Shown: positions 63,402-64,000 of the stretch, piece after piece
Position numbering within the stretch: position 1 is the first letter of the stretch
How the letters are laid out: each line of letters begins with the position of its first letter
DNA from: Lepidodermella squamata
Taxonomy: Eukaryota > Animalia > Gastrotricha
Direction: 5' to 3'
Assembly: GCA_047495785.1 (NCBI GenBank)
Contig: JBLDXI010000003.1
Span: forward strand, 3,596,001 to 3,660,000
DNA length: 64,000 nucleotides
Notes under the pieces: generated by a model
The model's database searches: none
Told to the model about the DNA's origin: nothing
Seen by the model: only the letters and a program-made list of their open reading frames with translations
Position numbers and translations under genes: made by a program

Positions 63402-64000
63402 TTTTAGGAAAATTATTTTATTAAAAGGCTATAAGAAATCTTTTGAAACAGAGAATGAAGCAATCGCTGGGAGAAAATTCGGCGTAAAAATTGACACGCG
63501 AACTAATATTTTTTTACAACAAGATTAGTCAATTCACCACTTCTTCTTGCGACTCTAATTTCTTATCATCAAGTTGTTATCGTTATCACTGGTACCAGGA
63601 ACCGGAGAGCAGCGGAGATTAATCAACGCCGGACTTATCAGCGGGTTTTTGAAGACAATTCGTTGACGTCGTTTAAATTGAGGATCATGACGATTTACGT
63701 CTTCATTATAGCATTTCTTGTTCAGGATATTGGTTCAAAAATGTGTCCATTATAAAGCACATTGCACCTTATTCCAATAATTTTACCCACATCGATTGAA
63801 TTCTCGCATGTATTAATAATTAAGGTGAAATTAAGTCAGTACAAATGATCAATAGCTTCACGCGGCACGCGGTATAGCAGATCAATCGCTTAACTATTTG
63901 GGTATTCCTTGAAAATGGATGCGGGAACAAAAATACGACGTGTCGAGCTCACGTTTCTTCTCGCTGCGGGCCCATCAATAATTAATGACCCACCTGCCTC

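Overview
Gene-dense eukaryotic (invertebrate animal-like) DNA with many ~50-60 nt GT-AG introns, so most ORF-track entries are exon fragments or antisense/alternative-frame shadows. Hand splicing gives these models: 2 tandem BTBD9-like (BTB-BACK-discoidin) genes; a Rho GTPase; a VIT+vWA (VWA5A-like) gene with a signal peptide, a hydrophobic tail and a truncated RLE-type non-LTR retrotransposon in one intron; 4 secreted, extremely cationic low-complexity proteins with a shared signal-peptide exon design, two built from an 'ASASVNKxSASAxAG' module; 2 divergent dynamins; a 2-PDZ protein; an S1 serine protease; 5 Ly6/three-finger membrane-protein genes (one pseudogene, three with in-frame N-terminal extensions); an ankyrin-repeat gene; a neutral ceramidase broken by an inverted duplication; a small GPI-type glycopeptide; ribokinase; and several MITEs/transposon remnants. 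The top candidate for an undescribed system is two tandem 7-exon genes (46202-49614, 50659-54136). Each splices in frame into signal peptide + two L-type-lectin-like domains + Ser/Thr stalk + a complete Cys-loop ligand-gated ion channel subunit. All models and domain calls come from reading motifs by eye; no database search was run, so novelty is untested.
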